Shown piece after piece: positions 43,627 to 53,120 of a stretch of DNA of 62,424 nt. A program made the position numbers and the translations under genes. Every line of letters begins with the position of its first letter. The stretch's first letter is position 1. Under the pieces are notes generated by a model. It did not search any database and was not told the origin of the DNA. It saw only the letters and a program-made list of their open reading frames with translations. The stretch comes from Prochlorococcus sp. AG-424-A03. Lineage in GTDB: Bacteria; Cyanobacteriota; Cyanobacteriia; PCC-6307; Cyanobiaceae. Where the stretch lies: contig QCNA01000001.1 in the NCBI GenBank assembly GCA_003213375.1, forward strand, positions 1 through 62,424. Direction: 5' to 3'.

Positions 43627-44793
43627 TTACTTTTTTTCTCTTATTAATACTATAGGGGTTTTTTCATCTCCATTGCCAGCTGGATTAGATAATAAGTTTC
43701 TTTTAAGTATTTTATTTACTTTTTTACTTGAACTTGCTAAGACTTTCACACCTCCAAGATCATTAACATCGACAACAGCAACATCTATATTTAGATAGTT
43801 CGAGACCTCCTTACAAAATAAATCCGAATTGAGAGGACCCATAACTATACTCTTGTCGTAAGGTGTAACTGTGCCGCTTATATCATCAATGAGGGATGAT
43901 TCTGAACCAGTTAACCTATAAAACATACCTTTAATACCAAATAATTTGAAGAGAAATCCAATTAATAGTGCAAAGGTTATTCTTGTGACTCCGATTCTAT
44001 TTATTAATAATTGCATTCCGCAAGCTGTTGCGAGACTGCTTGTAGGGTGAAAAAAATAACATAAAGCTTTCGAAAATAAACTATATTCTAAATTTTTAGG
44101 GGAAATATATCTATTTTGCATAATCGCTAGCGGACTCTCGCCGATTGTTAAAATATCATTTTTTTCTACAATTCCTTTGCAGTATTCAATCACAGTACTT
44201 ACTGGATTATCAAAGCAACCAAGTATATCAGTTTTAATAGCAAAAGCTTTATATTTATTATTTAAAGTAATTTCAGAAACTTCTTTCGGCCTTTGTTTTG
44301 ACTATCTAAATTAATTAAAAAACAATCCTCATTATTTGAAATACCAAAATGTCCATAGTTCTCCCAAAATACTTTTAACCATAAATATTTTATTTTTTTT
44401 CTAAAATTATTATTGCTAAATTTATATATGATTCTTATAAATAATTCTGAATTTGACTTGATAATTGTTGTTGGCCAGTAATTATTTAAATTCTTAATTT
44501 TATTATTTTCATATATATAAATATCTTCTTGATAATTAAAATTTTGGGAATATTCGTTACCTTTATTTGTAAAAAAATCTAATTCAAAATTTATATTAGA
44601 TACCATCGTCTCTTTGGTTTTACTTTTATTAGTTATTTTTAAATCAATAATTAATTCGTTTAAACCATCTTTTTTTTTGATTTTATAATTTATAGGTACC
44701 AGATTTAATTTTGATTTGGGTGAGTTTTTTAATATATAAATCTGAAAGAATTAAAAAAAATAAAAGAAATAAGAGGATATTTATTAATATCAT
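43627..44793 (-). CDS. F420-0:gamma-glutamyl ligase-like protein with N-terminal membrane anchor; two apparent frameshifts (44725-44730 and 44296-44299)
   Basis: ATG 44793 gives MILINILLFLLFFLILSDLYIK; removing one A and adding one A gives a continuous ORF into IGESPLAIMQ...IDDISG...VDVNDLG...NPAGNGDEKTP. Confidence 0.7.
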
Positions 44794-44800
44794 TTTTTAA

Positions 44801-45349
44801 TTAATTTTTGTTTTTATCTTTTTTTTCAGAAATGATACTGTTGTATTCATTAAAACTCTCTACAGAAAATGTAGTATCTTCTATATTAATTCCTTTTAGT
44901 TCTCCTATAACTTTGTTTAATTCATCGATATTAATCATTCCATTTTCATCAAATTTAACTTCACCATCGCTATTTAAAATCACGGTTTGTGGAATTAATC
45001 CGTTCCAATAATAATTAGGTTCATTTCTAAGATCAGACTTTTCTTTATCCTGTAATTCATCAGTAGTTAGAGCAATGATATCTATATTATTTCTCCATAT
45101 CAAATCTAAACCAGATATTATCGGAGCCATAGCTTTACTATCTGAGCTATCGTCAAGATAAAAAAATAAAACTGCTACTCTTTTATTTTTTAATGATTCC
45201 TGAAGAGTTGTCTGGGGAGGAACTATTGCCCCATTTCCCGCGTATATAGGAAAGATGTTGCCATCGTAACTATCAGAATCTCTAGATGCATTTGCTTTAT
45301 ATGGACTTAAGAAAATTAATGCTATTAGGATCCATTGAATTATTTTCAT
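44801..45349 (-). CDS. Thioredoxin-like exported/thylakoid protein without CxxC (photosystem I accumulation factor-like)
   Basis: Signal peptide, YDGNIFPIYAGNG, FYLDDSSDSK in place of CxxC, IPQTV cis-Pro loop. Confidence 0.75.
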   Translation of the reverse strand: MKIIQWILIALIFLSPYKANASRDSDSYDGNIFPIYAGNGAIVPPQTTLQESLKNKRVAVLFFYLDDSSDSKAMAPIISGLDLIWRNNIDIIALTTDELQDKEKSDLRNEPNYYWNGLIPQTVILNSDGEVKFDENGMINIDELNKVIGELKGINIEDTTFSVESFNEYNSIISEKKDKNKN

Positions 45350-45363
45350 TAAAGTTTAAAAAC

Positions 45364-46980
45364 TTACTTTGAACTTGATCTTCCTAATCCTTGAAGGATT
45401 CCTTTCCCCACTAAACCAATAGCTTTGCCAACGACCTTTGTAAGGAAAGTTACAAAAAGATTACCGATATATTTTACAGCAACTTCTAACTGCGGTGCTA
45501 CTGCATCTCTTATCTCAACTAACAATGTAACTTGTTTTTGTAGCCATTCTAGATTCTCTAATTCTTTCTCCCTATTTTCATTTTTAAAGTAACGGGTAAA
45601 TTTTTTATCAATAATATCAATATATTCTCGTTTACTCTCATACAAATAGATAGGCATATAAATATAGTCATGCCAGCGATTGTAGTTATTAATATTATTT
45701 CTAAATCTTTCAAAATTTCTTGTCGATTGTAATTCGGGATTTATAAGTACAGTTCTTAATTCAGGCCAAGAAGAACAAATATTAAAGATTTCAGAGGCTA
45801 ATAAATTACAGTTCCTTATTGTCCAATTTGAAATTATATTTTCGAGGATCAAAAACGATTCTGTTTCATATAGAGGGAGTAATTTCCCATCATAGTCAAG
45901 AGCTTCATTTTTAATAATTGGCTCAATAAACATTATTGATTCATGTGATTCTCTATCTATCTCTTCGCAACTTACCTCACTATAGATAAAATCATTTATT
46001 GAAATAGATTCGCCTCCTTTTTTTAATCGAAAATAACTGTCTGTGATATTTGAAATTGTATTAACTTTAAGTTCTTTTATAAGAGAATCTAAATCATCTT
46101 TAAAATCTTTCTCCTTATAGTTTTCCTTAATATTTTTTACTAAATTATCTAACTCATCTAACATTTTGCAAATTAGTCGCGAAATGAATTCTTTCTTTAT
46201 TCCAGAGAGAATTAATGATGAATTATTAAATTCAACTTGTAAGTTAGTTGAGCTATACCTTTCTTTTAGTCTATCTAAAATCAAATTCCATATTTCTGCG
46301 GTGTTTTTATCTTTTATGAAAACAGTGTTCTTATTTTCAAGATTAATTTTATTTTCAGTGTAAACCGCCTCTGTATAAAGTTCTAGTGAATTACCCCATA
46401 AGAAAATTAGAAAAGATTTTGCAGTAATAAGTTCTCTTAATCTTCCTTTTAAAATGAATTTATAAAATTCTGGTGTTGAATCAGAGTTGACATATTTGAA
46501 TATATGATTAATTTCAGAATCGATTTGTTTAAGACCTGAAGTTAGAATTTTTTGACTAAAAGAGAGAGGCTTATTTTTGTTTAATTGAACTCGGGAATTA
46601 TTTTCAATATCAAATACCCTTCCTCCATTTAAAATGGTATCAATAGATTCAAGAACTTTTTCTGCACTGGGATTTAAAAGAAAACCTTCAGCATTTAACG
46701 ATGGAGGGTTATTTGCTTCATAAACAAGTTCGCCAGAGAGAATTATAAGAAACTTTGACTCATCATATCTTTCTCTTAATTTTAAAAACTCTAACCTTAC
46801 AAGATCTTCTGATTGGAAATTAAGAACATTCCATATAACTAAATCTGGAGTTTTATCACCTGTTCCATTATTAAAATTAATTTCTAAATTTTGGTCTAGT
46901 GATGTTAACTTAAGCGATAAAGATTCTGCTATTAAGCTTGGAGCAATAATCAATATTGATTTTTTTGAAATTAATTCCAA
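45364..46980 (-). CDS. ycf55: Ycf55 / DUF3685 protein with N-terminal receiver-like domain
   Basis: PDLVIWN...GFLL receiver-like start; STRNFERFRN, YES and GKGILQGLG C-terminal motifs. Confidence 0.8.
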   Translation of the reverse strand: MELISKKSILIIAPSLIAESLSLKLTSLDQNLEINFNNGTGDKTPDLVIWNVLNFQSEDLVRLEFLKLRERYDESKFLIILSGELVYEANNPPSLNAEGFLLNPSAEKVLESIDTILNGGRVFDIENNSRVQLNKNKPLSFSQKILTSGLKQIDSEINHIFKYVNSDSTPEFYKFILKGRLRELITAKSFLIFLWGNSLELYTEAVYTENKINLENKNTVFIKDKNTAEIWNLILDRLKERYSSTNLQVEFNNSSLILSGIKKEFISRLICKMLDELDNLVKNIKENYKEKDFKDDLDSLIKELKVNTISNITDSYFRLKKGGESISINDFIYSEVSCEEIDRESHESIMFIEPIIKNEALDYDGKLLPLYETESFLILENIISNWTIRNCNLLASEIFNICSSWPELRTVLINPELQSTRNFERFRNNINNYNRWHDYIYMPIYLYESKREYIDIIDKKFTRYFKNENREKELENLEWLQKQVTLLVEIRDAVAPQLEVAVKYIGNLFVTFLTKVVGKAIGLVGKGILQGLGRSSSK

Positions 46981-47059
46981 GACTAGATTTCTTATCTCTT
47001 ATTCAAAATTAACTAACAATTCCTGCAAACACCAGCCTTAATAGAATTTTTATACTCTT

Positions 47060-47827
47060 TTAAGCGTAGTAATTTGTGTTTAAATCAAAGTCATTTAATC
47101 TCTCTGCTGACAATACATTATTCGCTTCGTTTATTGTGAATTTATTTTCATATAGAGCTTTACCTACTATTACTCCAAAGAGTCCAGAGTTTTCAAATTT
47201 TACTAACGATAATAAATCAGAAATTGAACCAACACCGCCTGAGGCTATTACTGGAATATCTGTAATTTCAAGTATGCTTTTTATGAATTCTTCATTTGTC
47301 CCTTCTAAAGTCCCATCTGTATTTATATCTGTGACAATAAAACTAGCAATTTTAAATGAAGAAAACTCCTTTACTAGATCTGTGGCCAAAATATTAGATT
47401 GCTCAAGCCAACCCCTTGTACTCACTTTTCCATCTTTTGCATCTATCCCAACAATTATCCTTCCAGGAAATTTATTTGATAAGTCTTTAACTAGTTCTTT
47501 ATTTTCTATTGCAGAGGTTCCCATGATAACTTTCTCAATACCATAAGAAAATAATTGTTCTATCCTTTCTTGAGACCTTATCCCCCCACCTATTTGAATA
47601 GGTATGTTAACTGTTTTTGCAATCTTTTTTATTGATTTATCGTTTGTTGGGGATCCAGTTTTTGCAGCATCCAAATCAACTATATGTATATATTTTGCTC
47701 CTTCGCTTTCCCAAAATTTAGCTTGCTCATGAGGCTCTTTTGTGAAGTCTTTTCTTTTATTAAAGTCGCCTTTAAAAAGCCTTACACACTTACCATTCAT
47801 TAAATCAATTGCTGGTATTAGGTCCAT
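47060..47827 (-). CDS. hisA: ProFAR isomerase (histidine biosynthesis)
   Basis: IPAIDLMNGKCVRL, HIVDLD, GGGIR, TDINTDGTLEG, ASGG. Confidence 0.97.
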   Translation of the reverse strand: MDLIPAIDLMNGKCVRLFKGDFNKRKDFTKEPHEQAKFWESEGAKYIHIVDLDAAKTGSPTNDKSIKKIAKTVNIPIQIGGGIRSQERIEQLFSYGIEKVIMGTSAIENKELVKDLSNKFPGRIIVGIDAKDGKVSTRGWLEQSNILATDLVKEFSSFKIASFIVTDINTDGTLEGTNEEFIKSILEITDIPVIASGGVGSISDLLSLVKFENSGLFGVIVGKALYENKFTINEANNVLSAERLNDFDLNTNYYA

Positions 47828-47919
47828 AGAATCATCCTTTTCATTAATTACTTATTAGTAGTACTATTCAATATGTAATTCTATTTAAGATTACTACTTC
47901 AGTTAAATATTTTTCGAAT

Positions 47920-48840
47920 ATGAAAATTCTTGTAATGGGTGGCACTAGATTTGTTGGTAAGTCTTTGGTTGGAAAGTTATTAAGTAAAAATTATGATATT
48001 GATATTTTTACAAGAGGTAATAAAAGTAATCCTGAAAAAACAAATTTAATTAAGGGTGATAGAAATAATTCAGAAGATATCTTCAAGCTAAGAAATGAAA
48101 AGTATGATGTTGTTTTTGATATTTCTGGACGAGAGTTAGAACAAACCAAACTTCTTATAGAGAATTTAGATAACTCTTTCCAGAGATATATATACGTAAG
48201 CTCTGCAGGTGTTTATAAAGATAATTGTGAATTACCCTTATCCGAAGTTGATCCAATTGATCCGGAAAGTAGGCATAAAGGAAAGTTTGAGACAGAAAAT
48301 TGGTTAAAAAACCAAAAAATTCCTTTTACGAGTTTTAGACCTACTTACATTTATGGACCAGGAAATTATAATAAAATTGAAAATTGGTTTTTTGAAAGGT
48401 TATTTAATAAAAAATCTATACCAATTCCTGGGGACGGTTCTTTAATTACTCAGCTAGGCCATGTTTCGGATCTAACTGATGTAATGATTAGGTGCATAAA
48501 TTTTGAAAATTCCAAAAATAATATTTACAATTGTTCAGGTGAAAAAGGAGTAACAATCAAGGGTTTAATTTATTTCTGTGCGAATGTTCTTGGATTAAAC
48601 CAAAATGAGATTTCTTTAAGAACATTTGATTATCAAAAATTAGATCCTAAGTCTCGAAAGGGATTTCCAATTAGATTAAATCATTATCAGACTGATATCT
48701 CTAAGATAAAACGTGATTTAGAGTGGGCGCCAACTTTTGATTTACTTAATGGTCTGAAGGATAGTTTTGTGAATGATTTTAATAATAAAAAGAGTCAGGA
48801 GTTTGATGAAAATTCAGACAATATTCTTTTTAATTCTTAA
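47920..48840 (+). CDS. NAD-dependent epimerase/dehydratase family protein (CSP41b-like)
   Basis: MGGTRFVG, SSAGVY, SRHKGK, RPTYIYGP, QLGHV. Confidence 0.88.
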   Translation: MKILVMGGTRFVGKSLVGKLLSKNYDIDIFTRGNKSNPEKTNLIKGDRNNSEDIFKLRNEKYDVVFDISGRELEQTKLLIENLDNSFQRYIYVSSAGVYKDNCELPLSEVDPIDPESRHKGKFETENWLKNQKIPFTSFRPTYIYGPGNYNKIENWFFERLFNKKSIPIPGDGSLITQLGHVSDLTDVMIRCINFENSKNNIYNCSGEKGVTIKGLIYFCANVLGLNQNEISLRTFDYQKLDPKSRKGFPIRLNHYQTDISKIKRDLEWAPTFDLLNGLKDSFVNDFNNKKSQEFDENSDNILFNS

Positions 48841-49353
48841 ATAGCCTAATAAAGTCACAAAAGTCAGGATGAATCCTAGCCAATAAAAAATTAAAGCCAA
48901 ATTATCCAATAAGCTATTTTTTAATGGTGTAAAAAAGGTAATTACTGAAATAAAAAAGAAAAATGTTTTATATTTTCCTAACATTGATGCTGGTAAGCCG
49001 TCTTTTGTAGAGTTCCTTAGGCTAGAGATAATTAATTCTCTAAATAAAATTAATGACAATGACCAGAAGGGTATAAAATTATTTTTACAAAGGAAGGTCA
49101 GAGGAATTAAATAGAATACTTTATCGCTTAAAGGATCTAGGATAGCTCCTAATCTGGTTTTAAGATTAAATTTCCTTGCAATTAACCCGTCAAAATAATC
49201 AGTTAAACCTCCAATAATAATCAATATAAATACATAAATTGGTCTATTAATTTCTAAAAAAAGTATTAATGGAAATACAAGGAAAAGGCGAGATATTGAT
49301 AATAAATTGGGAATATTCAATTCCAAATTTTTAAAATTTTTTTTTAATAACAA
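48814..49353 (-). CDS. pgsA: CDP-alcohol phosphatidyltransferase (PGP synthase)
   Basis: NIPNLLS, TDYFDGLIARK...GAILDPLSDK motif. Confidence 0.88.
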   Translation of the reverse strand: MLLKKNFKNLELNIPNLLSISRLFLVFPLILFLEINRPIYVFILIIIGGLTDYFDGLIARKFNLKTRLGAILDPLSDKVFYLIPLTFLCKNNFIPFWSLSLILFRELIISSLRNSTKDGLPASMLGKYKTFFFFISVITFFTPLKNSLLDNLALIFYWLGFILTFVTLLGYLRIKKNIV

Positions 49354-49543
49354 ATTAATTTTTGTATATAAAAATATATTACACTCTCAACAAACTTAAA
49401 TTTTTAGTAAAAATTTTAAATAGTTTTTGATGCTAGATTTTAAAATTTAATTTAAATCTGATTCCTAAAGATTATAAACTCAACTTCTCTTTATGGATGA
49501 TGATGTTTTATATTACAAAACTATTCCTAATATCTAATATCTA

Positions 49544-50155
49544 ATGCAGCCTCATAGCCTAAAGCTATCTCCAGAATCTGATTTGATAAATTCAATTAAA
49601 GAATATTCTTTATCGAATAATTTATATGGGTATGTTTCTGGAGTGGTTGGTAATCTTAGAACAGTTTGTATTCAATGCCCAGGTAATCAAGAGATAAATA
49701 AATTTGAGGGAAATCTAGAGATAGTTTCTTTAAACGGACATTTTAATAAAGGAGATGTTCATTTACATTTGAGTTTTGCAGATGAGGGATGTAATGTCTT
49801 TGGCGGTCATCTTGAGGAGGGTTGCATTGTAAAAAAAGGTACTGATATATTATTACTTTCTTTTGAACAGAAAATTATTAATATCTCAAGTAATGATTTA
49901 TTAAAAAATGAATCACGTGTAAAAGCATATATTTTAAAGGATTGTCCTTGGTCTAAAAGAGCAATTAGGTTGCTTAATTCTTTATCTATCCCTCATGAAG
50001 TTACTCTAATAGACAATGATGATAGCTTTCAAAAAATTATGGCTCAAAGTAGCCATAATACTTTCCCTCAAATATTTTTGGATAATAAATTTTTTGGAGG
50101 ATATGATGAACTTTCAGAACAAGCAAAATTGGATAACTTAATTTCATTTAAGTAA
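49544..50155 (+). CDS. PPC/DUF296 domain fused to a glutaredoxin-like domain
   Basis: EIVSLNG...HLHLSFAD...GGHL followed by CPWS...TFPQIF...GGYD. Confidence 0.82.
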   Translation: MQPHSLKLSPESDLINSIKEYSLSNNLYGYVSGVVGNLRTVCIQCPGNQEINKFEGNLEIVSLNGHFNKGDVHLHLSFADEGCNVFGGHLEEGCIVKKGTDILLLSFEQKIINISSNDLLKNESRVKAYILKDCPWSKRAIRLLNSLSIPHEVTLIDNDDSFQKIMAQSSHNTFPQIFLDNKFFGGYDELSEQAKLDNLISFK

Positions 50156-50165
50156 TCTAAATTTT

Positions 50166-50354
50166 TTAACTTTCACGATTAGTAAGCTTTTCAGCAACTA
50201 ATTCGTCCTCTAACTGCTTTATTAATCTTGATACAAGACTTTGAAATTCTGGTTGACAGCCTTTAAATGCAGCTTTATGTCTTATTGGCTCATTTCTAGT
50301 TCTTAAATCAGTAAGCATTAATTGTAATGCGTCAATTTTGGGATTTATTTTCAT
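50166..50354 (-). CDS. Conserved small hypothetical protein
   Basis: 62-aa helical ORF (IDALQLMLTDLRTRNEPIRH). Confidence 0.7.
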   Translation of the reverse strand: MKINPKIDALQLMLTDLRTRNEPIRHKAAFKGCQPEFQSLVSRLIKQLEDELVAEKLTNRES

Positions 50355-50380
50355 AGTTTTAATTTATATATTTACATCTT

Positions 50381-51040
50381 TTAAATCATTTGCATAGCTT
50401 TTTTAAAAGATATCTTTTTATTATCATTCGAACTTGTAACTTCTATTAATTTATTTATGGATTCTTTGTTTTTTAAAGAATCTATACAACATTGCGCAAC
50501 TAATCTTCTTGGGATTGATCCATTAATTTGAGTATCCTCTTTTGAATAATTTATATTTTCTGATTTAATATCTTCATTTTCCTTTAATCCTCCAGGTCTA
50601 ATAATAGTCCAGTCAAAATTTGAATTACGTAGAAAGTTTTCACCTAATTTCTTCCATATAAGAATTAAACCAAATAAGTTTAATGGGTGAAATAATTTAC
50701 CAGTACAAAGGGAACTAACTAAAATAACCCTTTTAATACCAACTCTTTTGCAACTCTCTAATTGCCTGTATACACCTAATGCATCAACCTTTGCAGGACC
50801 AGTTAAATCTAATGATGCTCTCGCTCCAGTAGCAATTATCAAGGCATCAATATCTTTAAATGCTTCATCAAGTTCCCCTTTTTTGTCTAATGAAACCCTA
50901 ATTGTTTCTAAACGCTCTAGTCCTGTTGAGACTTTTGAATTCTTTCTGATGATTTGCCTTACTTTATATCCTTTCCTAACTGCTTCTTCGGAAATTCTAT
51001 AACCTGTTTTCCCCGATGCACCGGTAATTGCTATTTTCAT
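50381..51040 (-). CDS. NAD(P)H-binding atypical SDR (flavin reductase-like)
   Basis: ITGASGKTG, VSSL, WTIIRPGGL, IPRRLVA. Confidence 0.88.
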   Translation of the reverse strand: MKIAITGASGKTGYRISEEAVRKGYKVRQIIRKNSKVSTGLERLETIRVSLDKKGELDEAFKDIDALIIATGARASLDLTGPAKVDALGVYRQLESCKRVGIKRVILVSSLCTGKLFHPLNLFGLILIWKKLGENFLRNSNFDWTIIRPGGLKENEDIKSENINYSKEDTQINGSIPRRLVAQCCIDSLKNKESINKLIEVTSSNDNKKISFKKAMQMI

Positions 51041-51075
51041 GATTAAAAAACTAATTCAATCATTATATAAATTTC

Positions 51076-51729
51076 TTAAGGCTTTTTACATATAAATTTC
51101 TTTTTTCTTTTGGGATAAAGAGTGCTACATAAATAACATTTTGTTCCATCACAACCTCTTGCAGTACAGTATTCTCTGCCATAAAAGATTATCTGCAAAT
51201 GTAAGGTATTCCAATCATTAATAGGAAATATTTTTTTTAGGTCTTTTTCTGTTTGAACTACGCTATCGCCATTTGATAGGCCCCATCTTTGTGCCAACCT
51301 GTGTATGTGAGTATCTACTGGGAATGAGGGTATTTTAAACACTTGAGACATTACAACTGATGCTGTTTTATGGCCTACCCCTGGAAGTGATTCAAGCTTC
51401 TCAAAAGAATCTGGGACAGTACCATTATGCTTCTCAATCAATAATTTAGATAAGTTATAGATGTTCTTTGATTTTTGATTAGATAGACCTAAAAATTTTA
51501 TGTATTCGTAAATGCCATTAATACCTAGCTGCATCATCTTTTCTGGATTATCTGCAACTTTAAATAAGCTTTTTGTTAATTCATTAACTTTTTTATCTGT
51601 TGATTGAGCACTTAAAACTACGGCTACTAGAAGTGTATATGCATTTGTATGATCAAGGGGTATTGGAGGCGATGGATATAGCTTTTTGAGTTCCTTGCGT
51701 ATTATTTCAGCTCTTTCAGACTTTCTCAT
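51076..51729 (-). CDS. nth: Endonuclease III
   Basis: LSAQSTD, HhH LPGVGHKTA, VDTH; C-terminal Cys cluster CTARGC...CYLC. Confidence 0.95.
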   Translation of the reverse strand: MRKSERAEIIRKELKKLYPSPPIPLDHTNAYTLLVAVVLSAQSTDKKVNELTKSLFKVADNPEKMMQLGINGIYEYIKFLGLSNQKSKNIYNLSKLLIEKHNGTVPDSFEKLESLPGVGHKTASVVMSQVFKIPSFPVDTHIHRLAQRWGLSNGDSVVQTEKDLKKIFPINDWNTLHLQIIFYGREYCTARGCDGTKCYLCSTLYPKRKKKFICKKP

Positions 51730-51824
51730 TAAATTTGAAAATTAAATGGTGTATAAAATTATACATGGGGTATTTTAGGTGAATATTTTCTGCTAATTTA
51801 ATATATTTAAATAAGAAGAACTTA

Positions 51825-52883
51825 GTGAAAAAAGATGCGTTATTAATTGATAATTTGTGTCATAAATATAATAAGCGAGAATGTTCAAATTGGATATTAA
51901 ACGAAATTAACCTGAAAATTGAAAATGGTGAGTTGTTAGGGTTGCTTGGTCCTTCTGGTTGCGGAAAAACTACTCTTTTAAGATTAATCGCGGGGTTCGA
52001 ATATCCCTCTAAAGGGAGGATTTCTCTAAATGATAAGGAAATTTCAAGTAGTAAAAAAATTCTTAGTCCTGAGAAAAGAAATATTGGTATGGTTTTTCAA
52101 GACTATGCACTTTTCCCTCACTTAACTGTTTTGGAAAATGTAATTTTTGGTTTGAAAAACAAAAAAGACAGATCTAGAGTTGATTATTTATTGAATGTTG
52201 TTGGTCTTGAAAGTTTTGTTGAAAGGTACCCACATGAACTGTCTGGAGGCCAAAAACAAAGACTCGCAATTGCGAGAGCTCTTGCTCCAGGTACAAATTT
52301 TATTTTATTAGATGAACCTTTTTGTAGTCTTGATATGCATGTCAAACTAAAATTAAGAAGTGAACTCCCAAATATCCTAAAAGGTTGTAATGCAAGCGGA
52401 TTGATGGTTACTCATGATCCGGAAGAAGCGATGTCAATATGCGATAAGGTCGCCGTTATGAATGATGGAAAAATACATCAAATTGATACGCCAATTAACC
52501 TTCTAAATAATCCCAAGACCATATTTGTTAGTAGTTTTATTTTGGGTAATAATATTATTAATCTTAAAAAAAATTGTAATTCATATATTTCTTGTTTAGG
52601 TGAAATATATTGTTCAGAGTATTTGAAAAATACAGGTATCAAAAGTATGTCAATTTCGCCTAAATTTATTTCAATTAAAAGATCAGAATCTGGTGATGCG
52701 ATTGTTATATCTAAAGAATTTCTTGGAGAATTTCTTATCTATAAAGTATCTATTAATGGAAACATATTAAGGGTTAGAACTGATATTAATAATCTCCTTA
52801 ATAATGGCGATAAATGTTCTCTTTCTATTAATAAAAATAGTTATTATTTTTTATATCCTGGAGCATATAAGGAATATATATAG
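51825..52883 (+). CDS. futC: Fe(III) ABC transporter ATP-binding subunit
   Basis: GPSGCGKTT, MVFQDYALFPHL, LSGGQKQR, LDEPF, VTHD, TOBE-like tail; next to ferritin. Confidence 0.85.
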   Translation: MKKDALLIDNLCHKYNKRECSNWILNEINLKIENGELLGLLGPSGCGKTTLLRLIAGFEYPSKGRISLNDKEISSSKKILSPEKRNIGMVFQDYALFPHLTVLENVIFGLKNKKDRSRVDYLLNVVGLESFVERYPHELSGGQKQRLAIARALAPGTNFILLDEPFCSLDMHVKLKLRSELPNILKGCNASGLMVTHDPEEAMSICDKVAVMNDGKIHQIDTPINLLNNPKTIFVSSFILGNNIINLKKNCNSYISCLGEIYCSEYLKNTGIKSMSISPKFISIKRSESGDAIVISKEFLGEFLIYKVSINGNILRVRTDINNLLNNGDKCSLSINKNSYYFLYPGAYKEYI

Positions 52884-52890
52884 ACTTTTT

Positions 52891-53013
52891 TTATAGGCAA
52901 TTACACTTGCCCCCCTTCCAATTAGAGCATTTTTTCTTTTTACATTTCTTTTTTTTACTGTTATATATTTTATTAGTTAATAGCAGTTCAGAAAATCTGT
53001 ACTGTAAATTCAT
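52891..53013 (-). CDS. Putative 40-aa Lys/Cys-rich microprotein
   Basis: Read by hand: MNLQYRFSELLLTNKIYNSKKKKCKKKKCSNWKGGKCNCL*; fills the futC-ftn gap; starts 10 nt from a Fur box. Confidence 0.6.
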   Translation of the reverse strand: MNLQYRFSELLLTNKIYNSKKKKCKKKKCSNWKGGKCNCL

Positions 53014-53023
53014 TTATAGTATT

Positions 53024-53042
53024 GAGATTGATTTTCATTATC
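53024..53042. promoter_or_regulatory. Fur box between the microprotein and ferritin
   Basis: GAGATTGATTTTCATTATC, 15/19 match to GATAATGATAATCATTATC. Confidence 0.7.
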
Positions 53043-53120
53043 ATATTATTTAATTTAATTTAAAGGATTAATTAATTACTAATTTATACAAAATGTTGTA
53101 TTATTTATTTAGTTTCTTAT

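Noticed and set aside
11149-44793. Programmed frameshifting as a shared explanation for the five indels
   Set aside because: All fall in homopolymer runs, go in both directions, have no evident stimulatory structure and hit essential genes. Sequencing error is simpler.
52896-52945. Hairpin GGCAA-TTACAC-TTGCC with C-rich tail as an sRNA or futC terminator
   Set aside because: It is better explained as the Trp-Lys-Gly-Gly-Lys-Cys-Asn-Cys codons of the minus-strand microprotein, although a dual role is not excluded.
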